Source: Nitrospirota bacterium (GTDB taxonomy: Bacteria > Nitrospirota > UBA9217). Taken from it: 64,000 nt of DNA. A program made the translations under genes and the position numbers. The notes below the pieces were generated by a model. That model was not told where the DNA came from. It ran no database searches and worked only from the letters and a program-made list of their open reading frames with translations. The stretch is taken from NCBI GenBank assembly GCA_963840455.1, contig CAWIYV010000014.1, forward strand, positions 384,001 to 448,000, in the 5' to 3' direction. Shown one piece after another: positions 21,520 to 31,900 of this stretch; the stretch's first letter is position 1; each line of letters begins with the position of its first letter.

Positions 21520-22794
21520 TCAGTGCACCGAGCAGGAGATGCACGGGTCGTAGGACCGGACGAGCATCTGGGCGAGGAGCTCGATGTCCCGGTCCTTCTT
21601 TCCTTCTTTTGCATACTGCTCCGCCAGCGCGGTCAGGTCATGCTGGATGTTGGCGTGGTTCTGGCTCGTAGGGATCACGCAGTCGCTCTTAACGATCCTG
21701 CCTTCCCTGTCGAACTCGTAGCAGTGGTAGAGGATCCCGCGCGGTACTTCCACGGCACCCACGCCGACACCTTCCTTCGGCACCACCTTCTGCCGTGGCT
21801 CCTTCCAGTCCGAATCGATCATCCCGTTGATCAGGTCGATCGACTCCATGACCACATGCACGCATTCCACGAGCTGGGCGATGTTGTTCATGAAGGGATT
21901 GTGGTTCACCGGTCTGAGCCCGAAGCCTTGCGAGATCTCTTTGGCTGCCGGGTGGAGGAACTCGAAGTTGTTGTTCAGCCGGGCGAGGGCGCCGACTGCC
22001 AGGGACGCGCGCGAGAGCTTGCTCCATTTGGAGGTCGACGTGGAGACCATATATTCGTTCGTCATTAGCCGGTACTCGTGCTCTTTCTTCACCACGCCGT
22101 CGGTCGAGACGAGGTCGCCGCCGATGAAGGGATAATCGCTCTTGCCCTTGAGCGACACGAACTCGGTTTCGCGGCTGAAGTCCGGCAGGCTGAACTGGTG
22201 GAAGAGCTCGGCGGTCCGGGTGAGATCATCCACGATGTCCTGGAGCCGGTACTTGAACGTGCGGAGCTCTTCCTTCTTCGGCAGCATGGTGAACCCGCCC
22301 ACGATTGTCCGGGTCGGGTGCATGCGCCTGCCGCCGACGCAATCGCAGAGGTCGTTCGCCAGGAGCTTGATCTTGGCTGCGCGCTTCACCACGTCGGGGT
22401 GGGAGTTGATGAGCGGGAACACGCTGCCCACGTTCACGAAATCCGGGGCCGCAAGGAAGTAGAGATGGAGGATGTGGCTCTGGAGCGTCTCCATGTGCTT
22501 GAGCAGGATGCGAAGCTTCTTCGTCTGGTCCGTCGGCACGATGCCGAAGGCGTTCTCAACCGCCCGGATGCTGGCGAGCGTGTGCCCGATGGAGCAGATA
22601 CCGCAGATCCTGCCGCAGATCCAGGGCGCGTTCTCCCACTTCTTGTTGACCAGCATGGCCTCGAAGAAGCGCGGCGTCTCGACGACCTCCCAGGCCGCTT
22701 CCTCGACCTTCCCGTCCTTGATGGCGATCCTGATGTTGCCGTGGCCTTCGACCCGGGTGAGATGGTGTATGTCGATGGACTGGGAAATTTTCAT
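21520..22794 (-). CDS. Group 3b-type [NiFe] hydrogenase large (alpha) subunit
   Basis: TRVEGHG, RICGICSIGH (L1), EVPRG, DPCISCSVH (L2) at the very C-terminus. Confidence 0.93.
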   Translation of the reverse strand: MKISQSIDIHHLTRVEGHGNIRIAIKDGKVEEAAWEVVETPRFFEAMLVNKKWENAPWICGRICGICSIGHTLASIRAVENAFGIVPTDQTKKLRILLKHMETLQSHILHLYFLAAPDFVNVGSVFPLINSHPDVVKRAAKIKLLANDLCDCVGGRRMHPTRTIVGGFTMLPKKEELRTFKYRLQDIVDDLTRTAELFHQFSLPDFSRETEFVSLKGKSDYPFIGGDLVSTDGVVKKEHEYRLMTNEYMVSTSTSKWSKLSRASLAVGALARLNNNFEFLHPAAKEISQGFGLRPVNHNPFMNNIAQLVECVHVVMESIDLINGMIDSDWKEPRQKVVPKEGVGVGAVEVPRGILYHCYEFDREGRIVKSDCVIPTSQNHANIQHDLTALAEQYAKEGKKDRDIELLAQMLVRSYDPCISCSVH

Positions 22795-22904
22795 ATGAGT
22801 CAATAGTATTTGCCACAGGGCACACAGAGTTCACCGACGAGAGAAGGATCGCGAGCTTTTCACTGTGCTCTCGGTGACCTTGGTGGCAAAAATCCCTTCT
22901 GTAG

Positions 22905-23714
22905 TTATTTTGCAGTCTGCCTTCTTAATTCTGCTGCGTGTACAGCGAATCCCCCGAAGCACTCCAGCCGATCGAGCATCGTCTCCTCGGAGAATCCGTA
23001 CTTCTTCATGATCTCCCGCATCTGGTCCACATTGGCGTCCACGGTCGGGCCGCGGCAGCCCCAGCATCCGAAGCGGCTGTTCGGGCACCATGAATCGCAT
23101 CCGCCCCGGGTGATGGGCCCCAGGCAGGGTTCGCCCAGGTCGAAGAGGCAGGTGTTCTCGTTCGCCTTGCACTCCATGCAGACAGGGTATTTGGGATGGA
23201 CGATGGTCTTCCCGAGCACCACGTTCGTCACGATCTTCTCGACCTCTTCCTTCTTGACCGGGCATCCGTAGATTTCAAGGTCCACCTTCACGAAGTCCCC
23301 GAGCGGTCTCGCCTCGTCGTTCGTCTCGATGGGGTTGGATCCGTAGACCTCCCGCCTGACCCACGCGGCGTCCTGGAACCGGTTCCTGAGCTGGTTCACA
23401 CCGCCGAAGCAGGCGCAGGAGCCGAAGGCCACGAGTACGGCTGCCTGCCCGCGGATTTTCTTAAGCCGCTCGATCTCATCGCTGCGGGTGACGCTGCCCT
23501 CGACAAAAGCAATGTCGTAATCATCATGCTTTTCCGTCATGGCCTCGCGGAATGTCCGCACGTTTACGAGGGACAGAAAGTCGAGCAGCGTGGCCTCGTT
23601 GTTCACAAGCTGGAGCTGGCAGCCCTCGCAGGAGGAGAGCTCGAAGAAGGCGACCTTCGGACGGTGAACGGGCAGTCCGAGGTAGGTCCTGGTCTCGCTG
23701 GCTTTCGAGTCCAT
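22905..23714 (-). CDS. [NiFe] hydrogenase small (delta) subunit
   Basis: SSCEGC, EGS, GSCACFGG, GCP, CLGPITRGGC..CP..CWGCRG; ATG overlaps the upstream TAA. Confidence 0.92.
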   Translation of the reverse strand: MDSKASETRTYLGLPVHRPKVAFFELSSCEGCQLQLVNNEATLLDFLSLVNVRTFREAMTEKHDDYDIAFVEGSVTRSDEIERLKKIRGQAAVLVAFGSCACFGGVNQLRNRFQDAAWVRREVYGSNPIETNDEARPLGDFVKVDLEIYGCPVKKEEVEKIVTNVVLGKTIVHPKYPVCMECKANENTCLFDLGEPCLGPITRGGCDSWCPNSRFGCWGCRGPTVDANVDQMREIMKKYGFSEETMLDRLECFGGFAVHAAELRRQTAK

Positions 23715-24619
23715 TAGATGGCCTCTTTCAGGTTCATGACGGTCCAGTAGTCGAACACCGGCCCCTTGAGGCAGGTGTAGGTGGAGCCCACGTTGCAGCG
23801 GCAGCACTTGCCCATGCCGCAGTGCATCCGGCGCTCCAGGTCCACGAACATCTTCTGCATGGGCACGCCGCGCTCGGAGAGCATGGTGCAGACGGACTTG
23901 AACATGACGGGCGGGCCGCAGACGATGGCATACGTGTTGGCGAGGTAGGAATCGTCCCGGCCCTTCACGATCTCCTCCAGGACCTTGGTGGTGAATCCCA
24001 CCGGCCCGGTCCAGGAGGGATCTGCTTTTTCCAGGATGATGTGGAGCCCGATGTCATCCTTCTTCCACATCTCGTACTGGAACTTGAAGAGCAGGCGGGA
24101 GGTGTCCTTCGTGCCGTACACGATGTCCACTTTGTCGAACATGCTCCGGTGCTCCTGCACGTGGGCGATGGGCGATCGCAGGGGAACGAGGCCCAGCCCG
24201 CCTGCGATGAGCAGGATGTTCCCGCCGTGCATGCGCTCCATGGGGAAGCTGGTGCCGAAGGGGCCGCGGATACCGACGCGCGTGCCACGCTCGGCCCGGC
24301 TCAGGAAGGTCGTCAGGTTTCCCACGGCTCGGATGCAGAGTTCGATGTCCTCATGGTTGCTCGGCGACGACGAAATGGAGATGGGCGATTCGCCGATGCC
24401 CGGAAGTTCGAGCATGATGAACTGGCCGGGGCGGAAGGAGAAGTGCCTGCGGTCCTCGTTGTCCAGTATCCGGATGCGGTACAGGTTCTCCTGTTCCGTG
24501 AGCTTGTATACGCTCGTGATCTCGGCCTTGTAAGTGAACTCGAAACTGTCGAGGTCGGCTTTGCGATGGTACCTGTGGTAGTGGGGGTGCACGTCGTGGA
24601 ACGCGAGACGGTGGTCCAT
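23714..24619 (-). CDS. Hydrogenase gamma subunit (FAD/NAD(P)-binding, 2Fe-2S)
   Basis: [35 protein letters not shown]. Confidence 0.92.
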   Translation of the reverse strand: MDHRLAFHDVHPHYHRYHRKADLDSFEFTYKAEITSVYKLTEQENLYRIRILDNEDRRHFSFRPGQFIMLELPGIGESPISISSSPSNHEDIELCIRAVGNLTTFLSRAERGTRVGIRGPFGTSFPMERMHGGNILLIAGGLGLVPLRSPIAHVQEHRSMFDKVDIVYGTKDTSRLLFKFQYEMWKKDDIGLHIILEKADPSWTGPVGFTTKVLEEIVKGRDDSYLANTYAIVCGPPVMFKSVCTMLSERGVPMQKMFVDLERRMHCGMGKCCRCNVGSTYTCLKGPVFDYWTVMNLKEAI

Positions 24620-24620
24620 A

Positions 24621-25664
24621 TCAGTGCTCCTCTCCCCGGACGCTTGCGATCACCTCGGGCACGGTGATGCCGGCAAGGCAGGCCTCGCCGCAGCGGCCGC
24701 AGCCCACGCAGAGAGACTCCTCGTAGGCTTCAACGAACCCGCGGTGCTTGTGGTAGTAGCGGTACTTGAGCCTGGTGCTCCGTTCGGGCCGGAAGTTGTG
24801 GCCGCCGGCGACCTCGGCGAAGTCCACGATATTGCAGGAATAGAGCGATTTGGTCTTCTTCGCGTGCTGGAGATCCACATCCACGGTCTCCTCCACGCCA
24901 TAGCAGTAGCAGGTGGGGCAGACGTTGGCGCAGGTGCCGCAGCCCAGGCACTTGTCGCCCCACTGCTTCCAGACCGGGGACTGGAACTCCATGTCCAGGA
25001 TCTTGGTGAGGTCCGTGGTGTCCACATGTGCGGTGAACTGCTTGTTCTTCTCCGCCACGGTCCGCATGTACTGCAGGTGGTCGGATTCCTTCGGTGCCTC
25101 CGTTTTCAGGTCCTTGGCGATCTCGTAGGCCTCGGCCGAAAGGATCTCGATGAAATACTTGTCGCCGATGTCCGTCAGGAAGAGATCGAAGCCGTGGAGC
25201 ACGGTGTCGGCGCCCATGGAGCGGCAGAAACAGAAGGGCTGGGGCCGGCAGTCGATGCCGATGATGAACATGTTCTTCCGCTTCGCCGCGTAGTAGGGCA
25301 TGGGATAGACAGGGCCCATCAGCACCTTGTCGAGCTTGTTCAGGGCGTTGATGTCGCAGGCGTGGAGCCCGAAGAGCACATAGGGCCGGTCGATGTTGTA
25401 GCCGATCTGCTTGGTCCATTCCCTGCCGCTTATCGTGAAGGTGGCGAGGTCCTCGCGGAAGGGGAGGAAGTACCGCTTTGCCGGGAGGCGGGTAGTGGTG
25501 TAGCTAAGGTCGAGCTTCTGAAAATCCGCTATCTGCTCGAAGGCGTAGAGGGGGGCGCCGTTCCGGTCCTTGCCCGTCGGGACCGGTCCGACAACCGCGT
25601 TCGTCTCGGCGAGCATGTTGTAGAGAGTTTTGATCTCGTTTTTTTCGGCGACACGGAAGAGCAT
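24621..25664 (-). CDS. Hydrogenase beta subunit (AsrA-like 4Fe-4S protein)
   Basis: [34 protein letters not shown]. Confidence 0.9.
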   Translation of the reverse strand: MLFRVAEKNEIKTLYNMLAETNAVVGPVPTGKDRNGAPLYAFEQIADFQKLDLSYTTTRLPAKRYFLPFREDLATFTISGREWTKQIGYNIDRPYVLFGLHACDINALNKLDKVLMGPVYPMPYYAAKRKNMFIIGIDCRPQPFCFCRSMGADTVLHGFDLFLTDIGDKYFIEILSAEAYEIAKDLKTEAPKESDHLQYMRTVAEKNKQFTAHVDTTDLTKILDMEFQSPVWKQWGDKCLGCGTCANVCPTCYCYGVEETVDVDLQHAKKTKSLYSCNIVDFAEVAGGHNFRPERSTRLKYRYYHKHRGFVEAYEESLCVGCGRCGEACLAGITVPEVIASVRGEEH

Positions 25665-25838
25665 GGTCGGCTACCACGATGAAAAAGTCAGATGAAAAAG
25701 ATGAAGCTCAAAAGTGAAACTAGGCTAATTATAGCAGGCAGTGGCGAATATAATGCAATTTATTATTCATTGCGGGAATTTGGAGGGACGCGGATTCCGC
25801 CTTGAAGCAGGAAAGGTCATTCGTTGCGATAGGAAGGA

Positions 25839-27788
25839 TCAGCTCAGGCCTGACACGAGCTGGTGGAGCGCCGGGTAATCGTTCTGCGCAGTGGTGGTCT
25901 CTTCCCGCAGCAGCCGGAGCGCCTCGGGGACGTACTTCAGGAAATACTTCTTGCCCTTCAACGCGGAGAGGAACCCGTACGCACCAAGTGCCTGCATGTG
26001 GCGCTGGAGTCGGCAGGAAAGCAGTGTTTCGCGGAAAGCGTCGGCGTCGAAGTCCTTCGCAGATCTTTTCATCTCCTCGATATAGTACGAGATAAGCCGC
26101 TCCCGCATCGTGTCGTCGAGCCGGTGGTAGGGGTCCCAGAGGATCGAAGCGAGGTCATAGGCCGGCGGGGCCATGCGGGCGCCCTGGAAGTCGATGACGT
26201 GGGGAATACCGGCTTTCATCATGATGTTCTGACTCTGAAAGTCCCGGTGGATGATCGCCGGCAGGAAGGAACTGACGGACTTCGCGAGGTTGTGAAGATC
26301 CTCATCGAGCGCTTTCCGGTCCGCGATCCGCGCTTTTCTGAGGCCGGTGACGAACCGCTCGAGGAAGTATGTTGTTTCCCAGCGCAAATGGTCGTAATCG
26401 AACATCCGTGATGCAAGCGGCGGGCACTCGTCGACGTGCTCCGATGCCCGGCCGTGGAGGCCGACGAGGATGTCGAGCACGCGGCGATAAAGGGCTTCAA
26501 CGATGTCGGCGTCATGGGGGAACCTGAGCCAGGAGTGGAGCGACAGGTCGCCGAGGTCCTCGAAAAGCGCACGCTTGCCCGCCTCGTCGGTCCCGAGGAG
26601 GCGCGGAACCGGAACACCGTGGCTATGGAAGAACTTCGTGTAGGTGAGATGGCGTTCGTAGTCGGGATCCTCGCGGCCGCACTCCATCAGGACCGCGGAA
26701 AGCGTCCCCTTTTGCACCCGGAAATAGCGGCGGTCGGAACCGCCGAGGCCGATGAGGACCGCCTTCGCGATGCTGCCTTTGCCCGCGGCCGGGGCGTCGA
26801 AGTGGGAGAACAGCGGGCCGGCGAGGCCGACGTCCTTTTTCATCGCCCAATGGGTCGACGGCTGCATCTCGATCTCCCTGAGCGGGAGCTCGTAGTCGGG
26901 GCCGATGATGCAGTTCTCGTGGCTGCCGGCGACCTCCGTGCCGGGCATGATGATGCAGTTCCTGAGCGTGCTGCCGCCCCGCACCGCACAGCCCTGTTCG
27001 ATCACCGCGTAGCCGTCCACATCGATCTCCCCGGCTCGCGCCGAGGAGGAGCAGTAGACCGTCTCCCCGATCATCCGAAGCGTGTCCAGGACCGCCGCGG
27101 CGTAGCTCGTGGGAGTGCCGATATCGCTCCAGTAGGAGCCGGTGAAGTCCACGGTCTTGACCTTGTAGCCGGCCCGGGAAGCGGCGATCCATGCGTCGGT
27201 CGCATGGGACACGCCGGGGGACAGGAACCTGAGGATGTCGGGCGAATAGACGGCCACGCCGGTGTAGGCGACCTTCTTGCCGATGCGGGCAGGGTTCGGC
27301 CGCGAGTCGCCCGGGTTCTCGACGTCGATCACGCAGTCGTTCTCGTCAATGACGACGTTGCTGAGCGCGGGATGCCGATGGGTCACGAGGGTGGCGATGT
27401 TGCCCGAGGCGAAATGGGCCTCGGTGAGCTTGCTGAACGAGATGTCCAGCAGGATGTCGGCGTTGTGGACGATGAAATGTCCCTCGGCAAGCAAGGGTTC
27501 GGCGTTCTTGAGCGCTCCGCCGGTGCCGAGCAGGGCGTCCTCATGAAAGAACGTTACCTGGTTCGCGTAGGAAGAGCTCCGGAACCACTCGCGGATCATC
27601 TCCGGCCGGTGATGGAGGTTGACGCCGATCTTGCCCTCGCAGATCGAGGTGAGCTTCCCAAGGATGATGCCGATGAGCGGCCGGCCGAGAAGCGGCAGCA
27701 GCGGTTTCGGGATGTGGTTCGTCACCGGCCTGAGCCGCTCGCCGAGGCCGGCTGCGGGGAGGAATATGTTGAGCGGGATCTTGGGCAT
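25839..27788 (-). CDS. Fused nucleotidyltransferase (MurU-like) and anomeric sugar kinase (AmgK/APH-like)
   Basis: N-terminal AAGLGERLRPVT..PKPL, LLGTGG, NADI; C-terminal GGSDRRYFR, FEDLGD, HRDFQSQNIM, IDFQGA, QRHMQALGAYG. Confidence 0.85.
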   Translation of the reverse strand: MPKIPLNIFLPAAGLGERLRPVTNHIPKPLLPLLGRPLIGIILGKLTSICEGKIGVNLHHRPEMIREWFRSSSYANQVTFFHEDALLGTGGALKNAEPLLAEGHFIVHNADILLDISFSKLTEAHFASGNIATLVTHRHPALSNVVIDENDCVIDVENPGDSRPNPARIGKKVAYTGVAVYSPDILRFLSPGVSHATDAWIAASRAGYKVKTVDFTGSYWSDIGTPTSYAAAVLDTLRMIGETVYCSSSARAGEIDVDGYAVIEQGCAVRGGSTLRNCIIMPGTEVAGSHENCIIGPDYELPLREIEMQPSTHWAMKKDVGLAGPLFSHFDAPAAGKGSIAKAVLIGLGGSDRRYFRVQKGTLSAVLMECGREDPDYERHLTYTKFFHSHGVPVPRLLGTDEAGKRALFEDLGDLSLHSWLRFPHDADIVEALYRRVLDILVGLHGRASEHVDECPPLASRMFDYDHLRWETTYFLERFVTGLRKARIADRKALDEDLHNLAKSVSSFLPAIIHRDFQSQNIMMKAGIPHVIDFQGARMAPPAYDLASILWDPYHRLDDTMRERLISYYIEEMKRSAKDFDADAFRETLLSCRLQRHMQALGAYGFLSALKGKKYFLKYVPEALRLLREETTTAQNDYPALHQLVSGLS

Positions 27789-27994
27789 GGGATAGATGCA
27801 GAAGTCAAAAATCAGGAGTCAGGTGAAAATCCAAGGGATGCAAACGGCTTTTCACCCCGAAGACGCGACCAAAAGTAGGCGCTTCTAAGCGAGGACGCCA
27901 GGAAATCCTGGACGGGGACTCTTAAGTCGTTACCTTCGCGACCTTAGCGCCTAAGCGGTTCATGACTCTTATCGGCTTCCTGTCCGGCTCCTTT

Positions 27995-29179
27995 TCATTT
28001 ATACAGTAAGTACTGCCTGCGGACCTTCTCGAACGCCTTCGTTTCTTCCTTCCACCACGCTTCCATTTCCCTGATGTCCTTCCAGGCCTCGATGTCCTTC
28101 CGGAGCCGTTCGCTTCCCGCCAGGATGTCGATGGGCATCTTGATCTCTTCGTACTCATAGGGCGGCTGCTTCCAGGCGAAATGGCGGGGCCAGGTGTTGT
28201 GGACCGCCTTCAGGATCGCCACGCCGGTGCGGAAGGGTCTGAACTTCTCCCGGTCTGTCACATGGATCTGGGCGCCGCCGCAGAGCCTGCCCGCGTGTTT
28301 CTGGAACGTGGGTTGGAAGGAGATCGGCCGGAAGACGACACCGGAGAGCCTGAACTCTCTGAGCTCCTTCACGATGGTCTCGGGATCGATGAAGGGCGCG
28401 CCGAACATCTCGAAGGGCCGGGTCGTGCCGCGGCCTTCCGACAGATTCGTGCCCTCGAGCAGGCACATGCCGGGATAGACGAGCGCGGTGTCGAGCGTCG
28501 GCATGTTGGGCGACGGCAGGACCCAGGGGAGGGCGGTCTCATCGAACCACTGCCTCCGCTTCCAGCCCCGCATCGGAATGACGCGGTAATGGACTCCGGG
28601 ATGGAACTGGTCCTCGAAATAATGCCCGATTTCCGCGATGGTCATGCCGTGCCGTATCGGCAGCGGCCTGAGGCCGACGAAGGACCGGTATCCGGGCTGC
28701 AGCACCGGGCCTTCGGTGAGACGGCCGCCGAGGGGATTCGGCCGGTCGAGCACGACCACGGTCTTTCCCTCCTCGCGGCAGGCCTGCATGCAGAGGTCCA
28801 GGGTCCATATGAAGGTGTAGTAACGGCTTCCCACGTCCTGCAGGTCGATGGCGAGGACGTCAATGTCTTTCAGCATTTCCGGAGAAGGTCTCCTGACCTT
28901 GCCGTACAGGCTATACACGGGCAGGCCGGTGGCGGGGTCGCGAAAGCCCTCCCACTCCACCATGTTGTCCTGCGTCTGTCCGTGGATGCCGTGCTGGGGG
29001 CCGAAGAGCGCACTGAGCCGAAACTTCTTCGAGCGGCGGAAGACGTCAACGGCATGCTCGAGCGTGTGGTCCACGCTCGCTGGATGCGCCACGAGGCCGA
29101 TGCGCGCGCCCTTCAGGTCCTTGGGCCAGAGCTTCTCGACGAGGTCGAGGCCGGTCAGCGCCGCTTTCTTCAAAGCCAT
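27995..29179 (-). CDS. DUF1343 / NamZ-like exo-beta-N-acetylmuramidase
   Basis: LFGPQHG, DLQDVGSRYYT, LDRPNP, RHGMT, PSPNMP, EGTNLSEGRGTTRPFE. Confidence 0.9.
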   Translation of the reverse strand: MALKKAALTGLDLVEKLWPKDLKGARIGLVAHPASVDHTLEHAVDVFRRSKKFRLSALFGPQHGIHGQTQDNMVEWEGFRDPATGLPVYSLYGKVRRPSPEMLKDIDVLAIDLQDVGSRYYTFIWTLDLCMQACREEGKTVVVLDRPNPLGGRLTEGPVLQPGYRSFVGLRPLPIRHGMTIAEIGHYFEDQFHPGVHYRVIPMRGWKRRQWFDETALPWVLPSPNMPTLDTALVYPGMCLLEGTNLSEGRGTTRPFEMFGAPFIDPETIVKELREFRLSGVVFRPISFQPTFQKHAGRLCGGAQIHVTDREKFRPFRTGVAILKAVHNTWPRHFAWKQPPYEYEEIKMPIDILAGSERLRKDIEAWKDIREMEAWWKEETKAFEKVRRQYLLYK

Positions 29180-29185
29180 GGCCGG

Positions 29186-29262
29186 ATTATAGTGAGTATC
29201 GGCGGTGATGGCAACAGAAATTTCCCCGCACGGTTGAAATATCGCGTTGTCTCCTCTATAAT
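29186..29262. promoter_or_regulatory. Divergent pair of sigma70-type promoters giving leaderless transcripts
   Basis: Minus strand TTGCCA-17-TATAAT-6-ATG(29179); plus strand TTGAAA-17-TATAAT-6-ATG(29269); no SD before either gene. Confidence 0.7.
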
Positions 29263-29268
29263 AGCGCC

Positions 29269-29475
29269 ATGACGTACAAGGTCGTGGAGACAAGCACCGT
29301 GACGGACGAGGAGATCGAGCGCCTGGTGAACGCTTGGGACGCGAAGGGCTACGCCTTTGCCAGCATCCACTTCGTCACCACCCAGGCCTCCCGGCGTCCG
29401 GTGATGGCGTTTTTGTTCTTTACGGGGCCGGGCGATGAAAAATCACCCGGCATTTCGGACAGGACCGGCGTATGA
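29269..29475 (+). CDS. Small DUF4177-like protein
   Basis: MTYKVVET..DEEIERLVNAWDAKGY pattern; overlaps next gene by ATGA. Confidence 0.7.
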   Translation: MTYKVVETSTVTDEEIERLVNAWDAKGYAFASIHFVTTQASRRPVMAFLFFTGPGDEKSPGISDRTGV

Positions 29476-30513
29476 CCAGCAATCCGCTCCGCCAGCTTAA
29501 ATCGGCGGTCTTCGCGCTCGTCCTTCTGGTGCTCATCGGGTCGGCAGGCTATGTGGTGCTCGAAGGGTGGTCCTTCCTGGATGCCCTGTACATGACCGTT
29601 ACCACGATCACGACGGTGGGGTATATGGAAGTTCACTCGCTCAGCCGGACGGGTCGCCTCTTCACGCTGCTGCTCATCGTCTCCGGCGTGACAGTCCTGT
29701 TCTACACGGTCGGCAAGATCGCCCAAGTGATGTTCGAGGGCCAGTTCCAGCGATATTTCGGGAGGATGAAGGTGGAAAAAAAGATCGAATCGATGCGGGA
29801 CCACTATATCATCTGCGGTTTCGGCAGGATCGGCTCGCTTATCTGCAAGGAGTTCGCGGCAAAGCCGCTCTCCGTTCGTTGTCGTGGAGAACAAGCAGGA
29901 CGTGATCGAGAAGCTTGAAGCGGAGGACTACCCCTACCTCCGGGGGAACGCCACGGAGGACGAGACCCTGCTGAAGGCCGGCATCAAGCGCGCCAAAGGG
30001 CTCATCTCCGTCGTGACGTCGGATACGGAGAATGTGTACATTACCCTCACGGCCCGGGGGCTGAACCCCGACCTCTACATCCTTGCCCGGGCAGGCGAGG
30101 AAGGCTCCGAGGTCAAGCTGAAGCGCGCCGGCGCCAACAAGGTGATCTCGCCCTACCACATCGGCGGGAGCCGCATGGCCCAGGCCATCCTGCGGCCGAA
30201 CGTCGTGGATTTCATCGAGATCGCGACGGGACGCGACCATTTCGATCTTCAGATGGAGGAGATCAGCATTCCCGCAGTGTCGTACTGCGTGGGCGAGAAC
30301 CTGCTCTCCTCTGGCTTCCGCAAGCAGACCGGCGTCATCATCGTGGGCGTCAAGAAGACCAGCGGCAAGATGGTGTTCAATCCCGACTCACAGACCCGCC
30401 TCGACGCCCTCGATACCCTGATCATCCTGGGCGAGCCTTCGGCGATCACGAAGCTGGAGCAGCTCGTGGCCCTGAAGAACGCCAACGATGCGGCAATCAG
30501 CGGTACGCGGTAG
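29472..30513 (+). pseudogene. Potassium channel (ion channel + TrkA-N/TrkA-C), frameshifted near 29871
   Basis: TTVGY selectivity filter and ICGFGRIG in one frame; RCK continuation in another; removing one T in CTC-T-CCG-TTC restores [11 protein letters not shown]. Confidence 0.8.
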
Positions 30514-30542
30514 ATCTGTCCTCATGCCCCCGGTGCGTTAAC

Positions 30543-30813
30543 GCTCCCTGCAGCAGGCATCAGGGCATCTTCGATCCCTGAGAATTCTCGTTATCCTAGC
30601 GCGGACAAGCCGGGATCAGATCCTTTGAACCGCCAGGGTGTGAAGGTCGCCGGAAAATCAGCAGCGCCTGATCTTACGCCCAAAACACGTTGCCGTCCTT
30701 CGCGTCTTCGCGGTAAAAATTTCCTGCCATTTTTAGAAGAGTTCGATCCTTGATCAATGGATCACCCGCTGACCCGCAGCAAACTGCGGGGACTGAGTTC
30801 GCTCATGGATTCA
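30543..30813 (-). repeat. Degenerate palindromic repeat units flanking a nonamer inverted repeat
   Basis: GCTCCCTGCAGC..ATCTTCGATCC (30543-30577); ACCCGCAGCAAACTGCGGGG..CGCTCATGGATTCA (30772-30813). Confidence 0.65.
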
Positions 30814-30935
30814 TCTTCCTCTTGCCAAGAATGAGGCAAGTGTCGTATAGTAGGCACGCTCCGGTCAAGGAGCATCGTTGGCCACGTTGTCATTTAGCTC
30901 GCACTGGCGAAGCGGAAACGAAGGATATCCTGTCT

Positions 30936-31625
30936 ATGAAACATCGTGCGGTCTTTCTGGTCCTTGTCCTATCACTGCTGTCCTATGCCGCTGCAGGCTT
31001 CAGCGGCTGCGGCAATAAACACAATTCCCTGTCAGCGATCATCGTGACACCGTTGGATCCGGTCGTTGCCATGGGGAAGACGCTTCAGCTTTCCGTTACC
31101 GCGATCTTTTCCGATGGGCTGATAGTGACATCGTGGTCCCAGGTAACGTGGCAATCATCGGATCCCGCAGTCGCGGCTGTCGGCAGTTCCGGTCTTGTAT
31201 CCGTGTCCACGGTCACAACAGGTGCCGCAGTGATCACGGCAACGGATATCTTCCATCCGCACATCACCCGCAGCGTCACGGTCTACGTCACCGAACTTCT
31301 TTCCATCACGATATCTCCGCCGGACCCCATCATTAGCCTTGGCACCGTTTCATCCCAGACATTTTCGGCAACCGGTCTCTACTCGCTGAATACTCCCTCT
31401 GCCTGGTCTTCTTCTTCCACCTGGCCGCTGGTGGACCTGACGCAGCTGGTTTCCTGGGTCTCGTCGAGCACTGATGTTGCGGTGATCAGCACTGCTACGG
31501 GCACGCGTGGGATCGCTACGGCTGTCTATACGGGAACAACGGGAACAACGGGAATAACGACGATCACTGCAACGGACCCGATATCCGGTATGACGGGAAC
31601 CACGACCTTGACAGTTAACCCTTGA
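30936..31625 (+). CDS. Lipoprotein with Big_2-like Ig domains
   Basis: Signal ending FSGC; VTWQSSDPAVAAV and VSWVSSSTDVAVI repeats; Thr-rich. Confidence 0.75.
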   Translation: MKHRAVFLVLVLSLLSYAAAGFSGCGNKHNSLSAIIVTPLDPVVAMGKTLQLSVTAIFSDGLIVTSWSQVTWQSSDPAVAAVGSSGLVSVSTVTTGAAVITATDIFHPHITRSVTVYVTELLSITISPPDPIISLGTVSSQTFSATGLYSLNTPSAWSSSSTWPLVDLTQLVSWVSSSTDVAVISTATGTRGIATAVYTGTTGTTGITTITATDPISGMTGTTTLTVNP

Positions 31626-31666
31626 CGGTTCACGAGGGTGAGCTGCTGCACGTCACCGGTCGGGTG

Positions 31667-31772
31667 GATCCAGGAGCGAGCGTTGACCCCGCAGCTTGCA
31701 GCGGGGTTGGCGAGCGATGAGAATAATGATAGTTCCCTAAGGATCGAAGATCCCCTGCTACAGGGAGCTTCA
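31667..31772 (+). repeat. Single unit of the palindromic dispersed repeat
   Basis: GATCCAGGAGCGAGCG..CCCCGCAGC..GCGGGGTTGGCGAGCGATGAGAATAA..GGATCGAAGATCCCCTG..CAGGGAGCTTCA. Confidence 0.85.
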
Positions 31773-31900
31773 CTGTCCATCAAGGATACATCCGCCTTTA
31801 TCCGGCGCATATCCGTTCGATCCGTGTCAAATGCCGTTCGCAGTATCATAACGTGTTTCTCGAGAGAGATGAGGAATAGACCTTGCCCGAGAGGGAACCG

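Noticed and set aside
21517-21522. Hydrogenase TGA stop as a selenocysteine codon
   Set aside because: It follows the terminal His rather than a Cys position of L2, and the downstream hairpin is a terminator
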